A stretch of DNA of 64,000 nucleotides from Trypanosoma brucei (Eukaryota), in contig CM000208.1 of the NCBI GenBank assembly GCA_000002445.1, forward strand, positions 1,728,001 through 1,792,000. The letters run 5' to 3'. Positions 1 to 10,417 of this stretch are shown here, piece after piece. The notes beneath the pieces are model-generated. The model worked only from the letters and a program-made list of their open reading frames with translations. It had not been told where the DNA came from and searched no databases. The translations under genes were made by a program, and so were the position numbers. Position 1 is the stretch's first letter. Every line of letters starts with the position of its first letter.

Positions 1-362
1 CAAACAATACCCTCCAGGAAAATTAAAGCGGCGGGAGATTATAGCTAAGTGACTTCACAGAGGCACCAAAGGATGCCGTTAGCACAAAAAAACAGATTTC
101 ATATGTACTACATGTCACACGAAAAAAAAAGAGAGTTAATTTCAGGAGTAGTATACTAAAAGAGCAGCCAAAAAACCAGAATAAAATGAGGAAACTTTTG
201 ATACAAACACAAGAAAAAGTTTGTACGCCATTATTTGCTTAAATTTATCAAACATCAGATACAACCCGTTAGTATTAAACCCAGCCTGCGACAATTGCAA
301 CACAACATTTAAAAATGTTCTCTCCTTATTTCATAACGAAAAGTGAAGTGCACAACACAGCA

Positions 363-682
363 CCAACGCTGATAGAACATCAGGCAGCAAGGGTGACGCT
401 ACTGCCAAATGCGCCATAAGTGATGCCTACACGAGGAGTGCCATTAAGGCTTTTGCCTCCAACTTTCCAGAGGAACTGAACCGCGTTTTCATAGCCCATG
501 GGTTGCTTGACGAGAACGTTCACTTCTGTCACACGAGCGTTGTGGTTAATGCCATGATCGACGCGGGCAAACCGTGCTGCAGCGTTGTTTACCCTGGTGA
601 GCGCCACTCCCTTCGGAAGAAGAAGGCATCGCGACTACACCATGACGCGATGCTCGCAAAGACACTTATGGAGGTGCTTTAA
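363..682 (+). pseudogene. Truncated 3'-terminal fragment (last ~107 codons plus stop) of the S9/DPP8-like serine peptidase gene. It duplicates 10098..10417 and has no 5' part. The preceding 1..362 is AT-rich and non-coding.
   Basis: Near-identical nucleotide match to 10098..10417, with one A/G difference at 377 versus 10112. The fragment encodes ...GLLDENVHFCHTSVVVNAMIDAGKPCCSVVYPGERHSL... and ends at the same TAA. The upstream 362 bp shows no similarity to the peptidase body. Confidence 0.8.
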
Positions 683-948
683 TTGTGGACTACTTGCGTT
701 GTGTAGTGTACTGGTAGCGGTTGCTTAATTACGAGGGAAACATGCTTGTTGCACATCTGTGTGGCTGGGGATGTGCTTGACCAATAATGATGATAACATC
801 TGCGGCAGTGCTCGCGTGCACTTTAATTTATTTTTGTATGGGAAGAGTCACACACCATTTCTACCTTCCCTGCCTTCCGTGCTACAGTAGTTGTACCCGT
901 TTCCGCTGTGCTGCAACCAATATGTTCATTTCACTATGCATTTCCAAT

Positions 949-964
949 ACACACACACACACAT
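949..964. repeat. (AC)8 microsatellite, duplicated at 10684..10699 within the segmental duplication. Other dinucleotide microsatellites: (AT)n at 20633..20647, (TG)10 at 44708..44726, (CA)10 at 48689..48709.
   Basis: Seen directly. Confidence 0.9.
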
Positions 965-3605
965 GCACATACATTTTCCTTCTAGTATATGTACCGTAGC
1001 ACCACAACGAATGCCCACCACCCTTGTGAGAATGATGAGATTGCCATCATACTATTGGAAGACGAGTCTGAACCCTGATGCATTTTATCATGCGGCACTG
1101 ACGATCTTACATTGCGGTTAGTTGTGATCCCCTTGCCCATGTGTTTTTGTATGCTGCTTGCAGGAACGTGGCAGGCCACCGAGGTCACACTCGTGCTTCG
1201 CGTGGTTCAACAACATGGTCCCAGATTGTAGGTTCTTTGTTACTGGTGTGTATGATGAGAAACCTATTTTTATGTAACTCGGGAGAACTGAGCATATTAC
1301 CTGATGAGTAAACAATCAATCGTTAGATAGTAGCACTGATGTTACCTCTTGGTTTTATGTGTGTTGTAACTTTCCACTGTTGTCATTATCATCCCCTTTA
1401 ATAGCGAGTGGTCTTTGTGTGCATCTCCGCAAACCACTCGTCTACACCGGGGGAAAGATAAACGAGTGGAATGTTGTTAGTGTTGTGTGTCTGTGTCCGT
1501 CGTACTAGTAAAGGATGATGAGGATGCGGCCACCCCACGCGACGTGATGCGGTGTGTTGTTGACACTGCAGGCGTGTAGTTTCCCCTCCGCTGCCGTTGC
1601 AAAAGCAAACCCATTTTGGGCAACATACGCAGCCGCGCGCCACAAGACGCCTCCACCGCTCGACGGGGTGCCGCCATGACGCGGGTCCCGAGCCAAAGTC
1701 CCTCGCCCGAATTTCCGAAGGCAGTGAGTGCCTCGCGTGGGGAGACCTGCGCGCAGTAAAACCTCGTGCCGCTGGCGGTGCGGGGGCCACCGGCTGTGGT
1801 GGTTGATCCCCTCTGGTGGATCCCACAGCAGCAACTACGCGGGCCGTACTTTCGTCGGTGCGAGACTCCCCACCCGGTGGTATGAATGGCGGGCACCACT
1901 GAGTACACGTATAGCCATGAGCGGCATGTGCAGAAGAGGGCTTACAAAGGAGGCAGCGCGAGCGAGCGAATGGGTAACACTGGCGCGCTGCAGAGAAAGC
2001 AGCATCATTTCACCGCATCCGTTTGCGGGCGTGTGGTGCGCACCCGCTGACTCGCATATGCGTTCACATTCACCTCCTCCTTCTTTTCTCATTTTTATCC
2101 CCTACTTGAGAACAGATACAAACTACCCCACCTTGCCATACCCCTTCACACACCTATTATGTATTGTACCTGCACCATCACGTGATGAGCATTCAATTCA
2201 CATCGCGACACACCGATGATTCAAATGAGTGAGCTACGAATGGAATAAATTAAATCGAGAAAGAACAGCTGAGATGCCTACGTGCTTGTGCGCTTGTGCT
2301 ACTTCCCCTCTTGTAGTCCCCCTTCTATACCTGTGTCGTCGTCATTCCATCTTAATCGAAGGTGATGTCTGTTCCTGATGACGAGCACTCATTTCAAGCT
2401 GCGCGAGCATAAGCGTGTTGCTCCGTGGTCGGGTGACGTGCGAGACACCGCTCACACCCTATTACTGTGATGGGTGCCCACTAGCCTTGTGAGAATGATG
2501 AGATTGCCATCATACTATTGGAAGACGAGTCTGAACCCTGATGCATTTTATCATGCGGCACTGACGATCTTACATTGCGGTTAGTTGTGATCCCCTTGCC
2601 CATGTGTTTTTGTATGCTGCTTGCAGGAACGTGGCAGGCTACCGAGGTCACACTCGTGCTTCGCGTGGTTCAACAACATGGTCCCAGATTGTAGGTTCTT
2701 TGTTACTGGTGTGTATGATGAGAAACCTATTTTTATGTAACTCGGGAGAACTGAGCATATTACCTGATGAGTAAACAATCAATCGTTAGATAGTAGCACT
2801 GATGTTACCTCTTGGTTTTATGTGTGTTGTAACTTTCCACTGTTGTCATTATCATCCCCTTTAATAGCGAGTGGTCTTTGTGTGCATCTCCGCAAACCAC
2901 TCGTCTACACCAGGGGAAAGATAAACGAGTGGAATGTTGTTAGTGTTGTGTGTCTCTGTGCTTTGAGTTGCCTCCGGTGTTCTTAACCTCAGACTCTGCT
3001 CTTACAGTTTCCGGTTTATCGTTTTTTTTCCTTTTGCCTTCATGTAAATATCTTTTTTTTTATCCTCTTGTGTGAACTTTGTACGGATGCTTTCCATCAC
3101 GGTACAACATAAGTGAGGTGTGTATTTTGTGATGTAATGTGGTTCTCGCGAGTGACGACTGGCCGTTGACCGGTTTGATCATAATAGCGAGTACATTAGC
3201 GCTTCATGATGTTTGTCTTTGCCCTGACGGTGTGGCACTGCAGAACGGGACAAGCTAACGTATCTGTGCTATGTTTTTGTCTGTACGTGCATATAAGATT
3301 TGTTTACCCGACGTTATATATTTGTTTGTGTTCGTTATTGTACACGTGTCTCTTCGCTGCTTGCACGATCCTCTTGCTACAAGAGCGGACGACCGTAGCT
3401 GCATCGGTAATAACTCCAACTGCTTTACCTCACTTTTCTGTTCCTTGTGTGGTAAGCAAACTGGCAAAGGTCTTAGCGGTTCGTGTGATTAGCAACGAAT
3501 CAGTAGCGATAGCCACCACCGTATCGTTTCGAATAGACACACGGCGAAAGGTGAAGGGACGTGTGTTACATTGAGTAAAATTGCAGAGGCACAGTATCGT
3601 TGATT

Positions 3606-4685
3606 ATGTCGGCCGGATCTCGTGGCCCACTTTCCCTGCTCATTGCCCGTGAACGTGATGCCAATGGTGTGAATGGCGATGTGAATGCAACGGCTGGACG
3701 CCTGCGTGACCGATACGATGGGAAGGGTGCCTCCGCCAGTGAGCGACGGCAGGATGCGACATCGCTGACCAACGAGTACTACGATATCGTTACAGATTTC
3801 TATGAATACGGTTGGGGGCAAAACTTCCACTTTGCTCCTCGGTACATGAATGAGACGTTCTACGAATCACTCGCACGGTATGAGTACTTTCTTGCGTACC
3901 ATGCTCAGTTCAAACCGACGGACACTGTGCTAGACGTTGGCTGCGGGATTGGTGGGCCAGCACGAAACATGGTACGGTTCACATCGTGCAACGTGATGGG
4001 TGTAAATAATAATGAGTATCAAATAAATCGCGCGCGGCAGCACGATTCCCGCTACGGGATGAGCGGTAAAATTAACTACACTAAGACCGACTTCTGTAAC
4101 ATGTGCTTTGGCGACAACGAGTTCGACGGAGCATACGCCATCGAGGCGACATGCCACTCAGAGAGTAAGGTAAAGTGCTATAGTGAAGTGTTTCGCGCTA
4201 TCAAACCTGGTGCCTACTTTATGCTGTACGAGTGGTGTTTGACGGACCTGTATGACCCGGCAAATGAGGAACACCAGCGTGTCCGGCATGGTATCGAACT
4301 TGGCGACGGTCTTCCTGAACTCGACACGATGCGGCAGGTTGTCGCAGCGGTAAAGGCCGCCGGTTTCGTTGTGGAAGAGAGCTTTGACATGGCGGAACGA
4401 TTCGAAAGTGGCGAGCCGAAGAGCGTCCCGTGGTATGAGCCACTGCAGGGGAGTTACACGTCGCTGAGTGGACTTCGGGCGACCCCTGCAGGGCGCTGGT
4501 TGACGAGTGTAACATGTCGTTTGCTCGAGGCTGTGCGCCTCGCACCGGCAGGTACATGTAAGGCGACAGAGATCCTCGAAGAAGGAGCGGTGAACCTTGT
4601 CAAGGGGGGCGAACTTGGGATATTCACGCCATCCTTCTTTGTGAAGGCGCGTAAACCGCGTCTTGGGGAAGAGCTGTCGTGCTAA
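3606..4685 (+). CDS. SMT: Sterol 24-C-methyltransferase (SAM-dependent; ERG6/SMT family).
   Basis: The track ORF starts at TTG 3600; the first ATG is 3606 (MSAGS...). The protein carries the SAM-binding motif VLDVGCGIGGP and the conserved YEYGWGQNFHF and EATCHSE motifs. It aligns along its full length with kinetoplastid SMT (about 360 aa). Confidence 0.93.
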   Translation: MSAGSRGPLSLLIARERDANGVNGDVNATAGRLRDRYDGKGASASERRQDATSLTNEYYDIVTDFYEYGWGQNFHFAPRYMNETFYESLARYEYFLAYHAQFKPTDTVLDVGCGIGGPARNMVRFTSCNVMGVNNNEYQINRARQHDSRYGMSGKINYTKTDFCNMCFGDNEFDGAYAIEATCHSESKVKCYSEVFRAIKPGAYFMLYEWCLTDLYDPANEEHQRVRHGIELGDGLPELDTMRQVVAAVKAAGFVVEESFDMAERFESGEPKSVPWYEPLQGSYTSLSGLRATPAGRWLTSVTCRLLEAVRLAPAGTCKATEILEEGAVNLVKGGELGIFTPSFFVKARKPRLGEELSC

Positions 4686-6147
4686 CTGTGGCCGGGGACT
4701 ATTGGTGTTTTCTTTAGAGGGTAGCAGTCTCATTTGCTCCATATGTGAGAGTGCCCTTCAGCTTCATCTCGGCACAGAGGCCGCACGCTGTGAAGTAGTG
4801 CTTGTTTGGCAGGAAGGGGAGCGGTCAGTTTTGTTGCGGTCGACGTGGTGGTGGGTGTAACCGCTGTACGTATCAGTTAGCGTATTTTTAACCATATATT
4901 CCCCCTATTTCTCTATACTGTGAAGCACACACGTGCGCGGACACACTAATTATTATACGCACGCATATACGAGGCGTTACGGTGTATCGCGTTCCACCAC
5001 TTGCGCGTGACGGGACCCTTTGATCGTATTTAAATGCTGGTGTCTTCCACATACTCCTTCCTTCAGTCTGCCTTCAACTCCGGTGAGGCGGCTGTGACTT
5101 GCGTGAATGCGAGTGAGAGTGTGTTATGAACAGCAACGGACGGAATGAAGTTACTTGCATCCTGGTCAATACTGGACAGATGTGTGCCGATGTTCCGGCC
5201 TCGCCCCGGGTGTGGGTCGTTGACGGCACGAGTGGACGGGCGTGCCGCCGCCATTTGCGTGTCTTCCTTGTTCTTAATTTTCTCCGTTATTTTATATTTA
5301 TTTGTTAGCAATGGATTTCGGTGGTGATCGGTACGCGCGCGAACGAATATGTAATCCGCTGTTATTATTTGTTTTTGTTTTCGTTTTATTTTACCGGACG
5401 CACGGTGAGAGTGGTATGGCTGCGTTCTACACCCCACGATGTGTGAAAACGATATGCAGACCTGAACAGCTTTGCGGTGCGAAGTCCTGCAGCTCACCTA
5501 TGACTGTTGGTAGGCGTACGCACGGTTGTAAAAGTGTCACAAGGTTTGTTTATCGTGGCGGAGTCGATGGTAGAACGACCGCAGCGTGCCTTCGGCCATT
5601 TGCGTCATTGTGCATGCTTGGGTGGGCATGAGAGGTGTGAGTCCTCTTGGGGAGACGTGTGCTTGGCAGAGGCCTCTCTGCAATGAATTTACCAACAGTG
5701 TTATTTTCCCGTAGGTTTTGAGCCCTGTTGCACTTCTCTGACCGGCTTTCATCCCCTTAACCGCTACCCTCTTCCGTTTTGTAACTGAATCAGTATGTGT
5801 GCAGCACCATCTACATGGATCTGGTGTCTGTATATTCACACATATGCTTCCTTCCTCCTAATTGTTGATTGTTCTTCCGTTTGCGGGGTGGCATTTGGCT
5901 ATTGGGTGTGAAACACCGTGCCCGCAAGTATGTTGCTGATTTTTTCCCAACTACCTGCACCCTATTCAAACTGTTCTTTTCTGTTACTTTTCCATATGCT
6001 CCCTTTGTAGCCATTGAACGGTAAGCGTAAACAGCGTTGGCGCGTGCTTCCTCCAGAATCATTTATCTAATAAGGTCGGGGGTGTGAAGAAACATAAGTG
6101 GTTACTGACCCTTAACGCAGTGTCTTTGCAGTGAGCCTCACTGAAGC

Positions 6148-7110
6148 ATGGTAACACCCGAGCAAGCTGCCCTTATCGAGGGGGCGTTCCGTTCGATGGA
6201 CCGTGACGGTACGGGGCTGGTGCGACTTGAGGATATTTTCCGTGTCTTCGATGACTCGAGACATCCTCGTGTTCGCGACGGTGAGCTGGCTCCAGCAGCG
6301 ACGCGTGACATGCTGATGCACCAGTTTGGCGCAACCGCGCAGGCACACGGTGGCGTCTCGTTTGATGTGTTCATGCGCTTCCACGAACGTATGGCCGAAG
6401 ATGCAGCTGTTGCGAAGGTGAATGATAAAGAGTTGTTCCTCACGGACACCATAATTGGTGTCTGGCGCCTGGGCACGCTCCTTCAACCGACCCTCATTCG
6501 ACCTCTCTTTCCCGTTAATGTTCGTCCAAGCGGATTATACGCAACTCAGTACATGTCACTTGTGTGGGTAGACGAAGTCGCTGGTCCGGGGTCGTTCGTT
6601 GTACACGTCGTTCGCGATGTTGTGCGGCCGATATTCTCCCGGGGTGACCTACCGCCACAGTTACGTGGCATGTTCGCCTACCCGACAGAACTTGCAGGCA
6701 TGAAGATTATCGAGGAGCGCTTGCAGATCGCCACCCAACGATGGCTGGACTTTGTGTGGGAATACGAAGAAGGCAAGCACGCTGCCGTTCCTGGCATTAT
6801 ATCGGCTCGCGTCGATCCCGATACGCTTCCACAGTACCTCCGTGACATGATTGTGGAACATGATGTGGCAAAAGCGATACCTTCGCTGTTCTTTGTGCCA
6901 ACATCTGTGGCTGTTAACCCCATGTACAAGCGTTCAAGCGAGGAGTATGGCTACGGAGTTCCTGAAGAAGTAAAGCGTATGAGCAGGTGGAAGGACCTTA
7001 CCTATTCTGGTCAGGCGTGTGGGCTGATATACCATGGCCGCGTGGGAAAGTTCACAAGGGAACGGCTGAACGCGCCCGTACAGGATGTGGCTAGTGCAAT
7101 GAACATTTGA
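6148..7110 (+). CDS. Hypothetical protein, 320 aa, with an N-terminal EF-hand-like calcium-binding loop (DRDGTGLVRLED).
   Basis: ATG verified at 6148. A long ORF in a T. brucei-like codon context; one canonical EF-hand loop near the N-terminus; no other recognisable domain. Confidence 0.6.
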   Translation: MVTPEQAALIEGAFRSMDRDGTGLVRLEDIFRVFDDSRHPRVRDGELAPAATRDMLMHQFGATAQAHGGVSFDVFMRFHERMAEDAAVAKVNDKELFLTDTIIGVWRLGTLLQPTLIRPLFPVNVRPSGLYATQYMSLVWVDEVAGPGSFVVHVVRDVVRPIFSRGDLPPQLRGMFAYPTELAGMKIIEERLQIATQRWLDFVWEYEEGKHAAVPGIISARVDPDTLPQYLRDMIVEHDVAKAIPSLFFVPTSVAVNPMYKRSSEEYGYGVPEEVKRMSRWKDLTYSGQACGLIYHGRVGKFTRERLNAPVQDVASAMNI

Positions 7111-7864
7111 GGGACGCAATTCCGCTTTCCAACGTTTTGTTGCTTATGTATATGCTGGTTGCGGTGGTGTGTGTAATTTCCATTCGCTTATACACGGGCC
7201 GCTTGGTTGCTTTGGGAGAGACGGTTGACTTTCTTTACCGTGATGTTGCCCGCCGTTATAGTAACCCTACATTTTTCAATTGTTGTACCCTTCTGTTTTT
7301 ACCCCGCCATTATTTTAGTACCCATGCTATTGAGAGTTTTACTGGAATGGGAGTAATGGGGAAGTGTAGCTTAATATTTCTATACTTTCTCAAAAAATGA
7401 TGGACGTATTTGATTGATGTAGTGTCGATTTACATTGTGCCATTGCCGCGGTTTTATGAGCTGATCACAATCCCATTGTTTGTAGGTTGTGGAAGACCAG
7501 CGGCGGTCAGACAAAGGCGGTCGATGGTGGAACTCGTGGGCATGTCTACGGGTTGTGTAGTACGTGGGTGCGCAAGTGGGCATTACTCGTTGTTCTTATA
7601 CTTTGTGTTCTACCTTTGTGAAGTATGCCCCTTAAACAGCTTACCTGTAGCTCTATGCATCTATAGCTGTCAGTTCGCCACCCTTGCCAGCTTGGTGTGA
7701 GCATCTTTTCTTACTTGCAACAGCTTGTGTCTTGCGTTTTTCCTCTAACCTCCGCATCCCTAACCCTTAATGAGTGGGTATCTACTTTTTTGTTTTTAGT
7801 AACGAGCTTCATCACCTAGAAATAGTCCACCTCACGTAGTCAGTCAGGAAGAGAGGGGTGTAAA

Positions 7865-10417
7865 ATGCCGACCTTGCCTTTGTCGAAATATATTGATGAA
7901 CTAAAAGCTCTTGAGGGGCTCCTCGCTGTAGATGGGAAGCCTCGTATGTTGAAGTTTGTTGGTGATCAGCTGTATTGGCTGCAGGGTATGGATCAGGAAC
8001 TTTACAGTGTAAATATTGCAGATCACAACGCAACCCCGAGTCGCGTCATTGATCGCTGTCGGAAAGGTTGCACAGCTGCAGAAGGCAAGGAAGGTTCCAC
8101 TGTTGAGACAAAGGAGGAGGAGTTGCTGCGGGAGCGGCTGCGATCTCGCGTGACGGGCATCAGCAGCTACCGTGTACGGTGCAGGGACGGTGCTGTTTTC
8201 TTCACAAGTGGAGCAAACATATTTCTATACCGCCCCGCAAGCGGCAAACCACCGCTGAAAGTACTTGACTATATCGGTGATGAGGAACTGAAGCAACGCT
8301 TCTCCTCAGAGAAGAAACCATTTCTCTGCATTGAATACTTTTCCCACTTGGCGAATGATGCGGGTGCATGTGATTCAACCAAGGAGCGTGCCGACGTGAT
8401 CTCTTTTGTGTACAGCAATAACTTGTATATTGCGACCGTTGTGGAAGGTAGTGGTGAGGCCAGCCACTCAAGGGAACCACCCTTGAGGGTGAATGTGGAA
8501 TGCGTGACAACTTTCGGCGACGAGTTACACAGTTGTGGGGACGCCGACTACATTATCCAGGAGGAATTCGGTCGTTACACCGGGCACTACGCCACAGCTG
8601 AATATGTGCTGTTCAGCTATACAGACGTGTCCATGCTGCGCGAGGTGATGCTAATTGACGGTTCGACTGACTCTGGTGTGGAAAAGATGCCGTACTGCCG
8701 TGTTGGTGACCCGAATGCCCGCACTGTGCTCGTAGTGTACGAAAGGCGGACAAAGCGTTATCGTGTTGTCCCGAGCAGTGCTATTGCAGCCATTGCACCG
8801 TGGGCGGAGTACATGCCTCGGTTTGGGTTTAAGGACGAACACACCATTTACTTTTCTGTTCTCAGTCGCACGCAGGAGAAAATGTCTCTCCTTTCGTGCC
8901 GTATTAACTCTCTACCTGTTGTTGATGCGGAAGCACTTGCATCGTGCTTTTCCGAAGCAGCGCGTGACACTGATGTCGCAGCGGTGGCTGCAGGAACAAC
9001 ACTGGCTACCCGTGCGGCGACAGTCAATCTCACCACAGAGTGGCACCAGCATATACCGTGGGCATGGGTAGATGTCCAACCCGGTGTCGCACTTCACCTT
9101 TGCGGCAAGTATGAAGTGCTCGTTCGCCACGCCAATGAGAGTGAGAGTGCGCACAGTCATGTGTACGCCCGTGCTCAAGGGGGTGATGAGGGTTCGTGGC
9201 GACCACTTACCTGTGGCGCTTGGAACGTGAGAGCTGGAGGCCTTATAGTGAAGGACGACAGGGTTTTCTTCCTTGCTAATGCAAGAAACAGGCTGGAGAG
9301 TGTGCTATACAGCGTTGTGATAAACCTGGATGCAGGTCCTGTTTCTGCCGAGGAGCTGACACAGCTAACACCCTCCGGCGAGCACGTGTACTCTTTCGCA
9401 GTGTTGAACAATACACTTTGCTATGTGTCGAGCACTGCGACCACACCAGCAGAGCTTCACATCTCCTCAATAAACAACCCTGGAAGCCGCTGGGTCGTTC
9501 CGACGCGGCATCTGTGGGATGATACCAGCGAAAAGGCAGTCACCCCACGTACAACGCTCGAGGGACTCACCGTCCCGCACATTATCAACATCGTGAACCG
9601 CCGTGGTGTTCCACTCAGTGGCCGACTGTTTGTATCTCCTCACGCGGCACTAGGTAAGCTGAACCCTTTAGCAATGTATATCTATGGTGGTCCCCACGCA
9701 CAACTCGTGTACGACAGTGACTTCGACGGTGCCTGCAAGCCAATTTTCCAGATGCTGGCGAGCTTTGGTATATCCGTACTTGTCGCTGACGGTCAAATGA
9801 GCAATGCGAATGGCCTACGGGACCATAGCATCTGCAAGCACAGCATGGGGAGCTTTGAGACCTCCGATTACGTGGATTGGGTGCGGCACATGACAAACTG
9901 CAAGGAACTACCGTGTGGGTTTTGTGCGGATCCTGAACGGGTTGCCATCTTCGGCTGGTCGTATGGAGGTTATGCAACACTGCTTGCAATGTCGCAGGCT
10001 CCAGATGTGTTTAAGATAGGGTTTGCAGGGGCACCTGTGGGGGATTGGACTCTCTATGACACTGGATACACAGAGCGCTATATGGGTCTGCTGCACACCA
10101 ACGCTGATGGAACATCAGGCAGCAAGGGTGACGCTACTGCCAAATGCGCCATAAGTGATGCCTACACGAGGAGTGCCATTAAGGCTTTTGCCTCCAACTT
10201 TCCAGAGGAACTGAACCGCGTTTTCATAGCCCATGGGTTGCTTGACGAGAACGTTCACTTCTGTCACACGAGCGTTGTGGTTAATGCCATGATCGACGCG
10301 GGCAAACCGTGCTGCAGCGTTGTTTACCCTGGTGAGCGCCACTCCCTTCGGAAGAAGAAGGCATCGCGACTACACCATGACGCGATGCTCGCAAAGACAC
10401 TTATGGAGGTGCTTTAA
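7865..10417 (+). CDS. Serine peptidase, clan SC family S9 (dipeptidyl-peptidase 8-like / prolyl oligopeptidase fold), 850 aa.
   Basis: ATG at 7865. The C-terminal alpha/beta-hydrolase domain carries the catalytic Ser in GWSYGGY, the Asp in HGLLDENVHF and the His in GERHSL. The N-terminal region matches a beta-propeller in length. Confidence 0.88.
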   Translation: MPTLPLSKYIDELKALEGLLAVDGKPRMLKFVGDQLYWLQGMDQELYSVNIADHNATPSRVIDRCRKGCTAAEGKEGSTVETKEEELLRERLRSRVTGISSYRVRCRDGAVFFTSGANIFLYRPASGKPPLKVLDYIGDEELKQRFSSEKKPFLCIEYFSHLANDAGACDSTKERADVISFVYSNNLYIATVVEGSGEASHSREPPLRVNVECVTTFGDELHSCGDADYIIQEEFGRYTGHYATAEYVLFSYTDVSMLREVMLIDGSTDSGVEKMPYCRVGDPNARTVLVVYERRTKRYRVVPSSAIAAIAPWAEYMPRFGFKDEHTIYFSVLSRTQEKMSLLSCRINSLPVVDAEALASCFSEAARDTDVAAVAAGTTLATRAATVNLTTEWHQHIPWAWVDVQPGVALHLCGKYEVLVRHANESESAHSHVYARAQGGDEGSWRPLTCGAWNVRAGGLIVKDDRVFFLANARNRLESVLYSVVINLDAGPVSAEELTQLTPSGEHVYSFAVLNNTLCYVSSTATTPAELHISSINNPGSRWVVPTRHLWDDTSEKAVTPRTTLEGLTVPHIINIVNRRGVPLSGRLFVSPHAALGKLNPLAMYIYGGPHAQLVYDSDFDGACKPIFQMLASFGISVLVADGQMSNANGLRDHSICKHSMGSFETSDYVDWVRHMTNCKELPCGFCADPERVAIFGWSYGGYATLLAMSQAPDVFKIGFAGAPVGDWTLYDTGYTERYMGLLHTNADGTSGSKGDATAKCAISDAYTRSAIKAFASNFPEELNRVFIAHGLLDENVHFCHTSVVVNAMIDAGKPCCSVVYPGERHSLRKKKASRLHHDAMLAKTLMEVL

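Larger units (their letters stand above)
363..2953. repeat. Segmental duplication, copy 1: peptidase 3' end plus its downstream intergenic region. It contains 1.33 tandem copies of a 1469-bp unit (1008..2476, then a partial unit at 2477..2953).
   Basis: Direct comparison: 363..2466 matches 10098..12208 at about 99% identity. 2477..2953 repeats 1008..1484. Identical 65-aa and 75-aa ORFs at paired coordinates in the ORF track confirm this. Confidence 0.9.

Noticed and set aside
1398-2219. Overlapping GC-rich ORFs (109-163 codons) inside the 1.47-kb repeat unit and its copy at 11133..11954
   Set aside because: They overlap each other in three frames on both strands, are Arg/Pro/Gly-rich and have no motif. 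This is typical of GC-rich non-coding sequence.
4158-4742. A 194-codon ORF antisense to SMT, and likewise 33234..33974 antisense to the helicase and 23724..24310 antisense to the 471-aa gene
   Set aside because: These are antisense shadow ORFs of well-supported genes. There is no independent evidence for them.
5063-5631. Small ORFs in the SMT-to-EF-hand spacer, and similar ones at 13021..13381, 14416..14894 and 24619..25036
   Set aside because: They are short, low-complexity or lack start context, and sit where polyadenylation and trans-splicing signals are expected.
7758-7769. Two-unit telomere-like motifs: CCCTAACCCTTA at 7758, and TAGGGTTAGGGA at 30561..30572
   Set aside because: They are only about two repeat units each with a mismatch, they are not flanked by subtelomeric elements, and they are probably chance.
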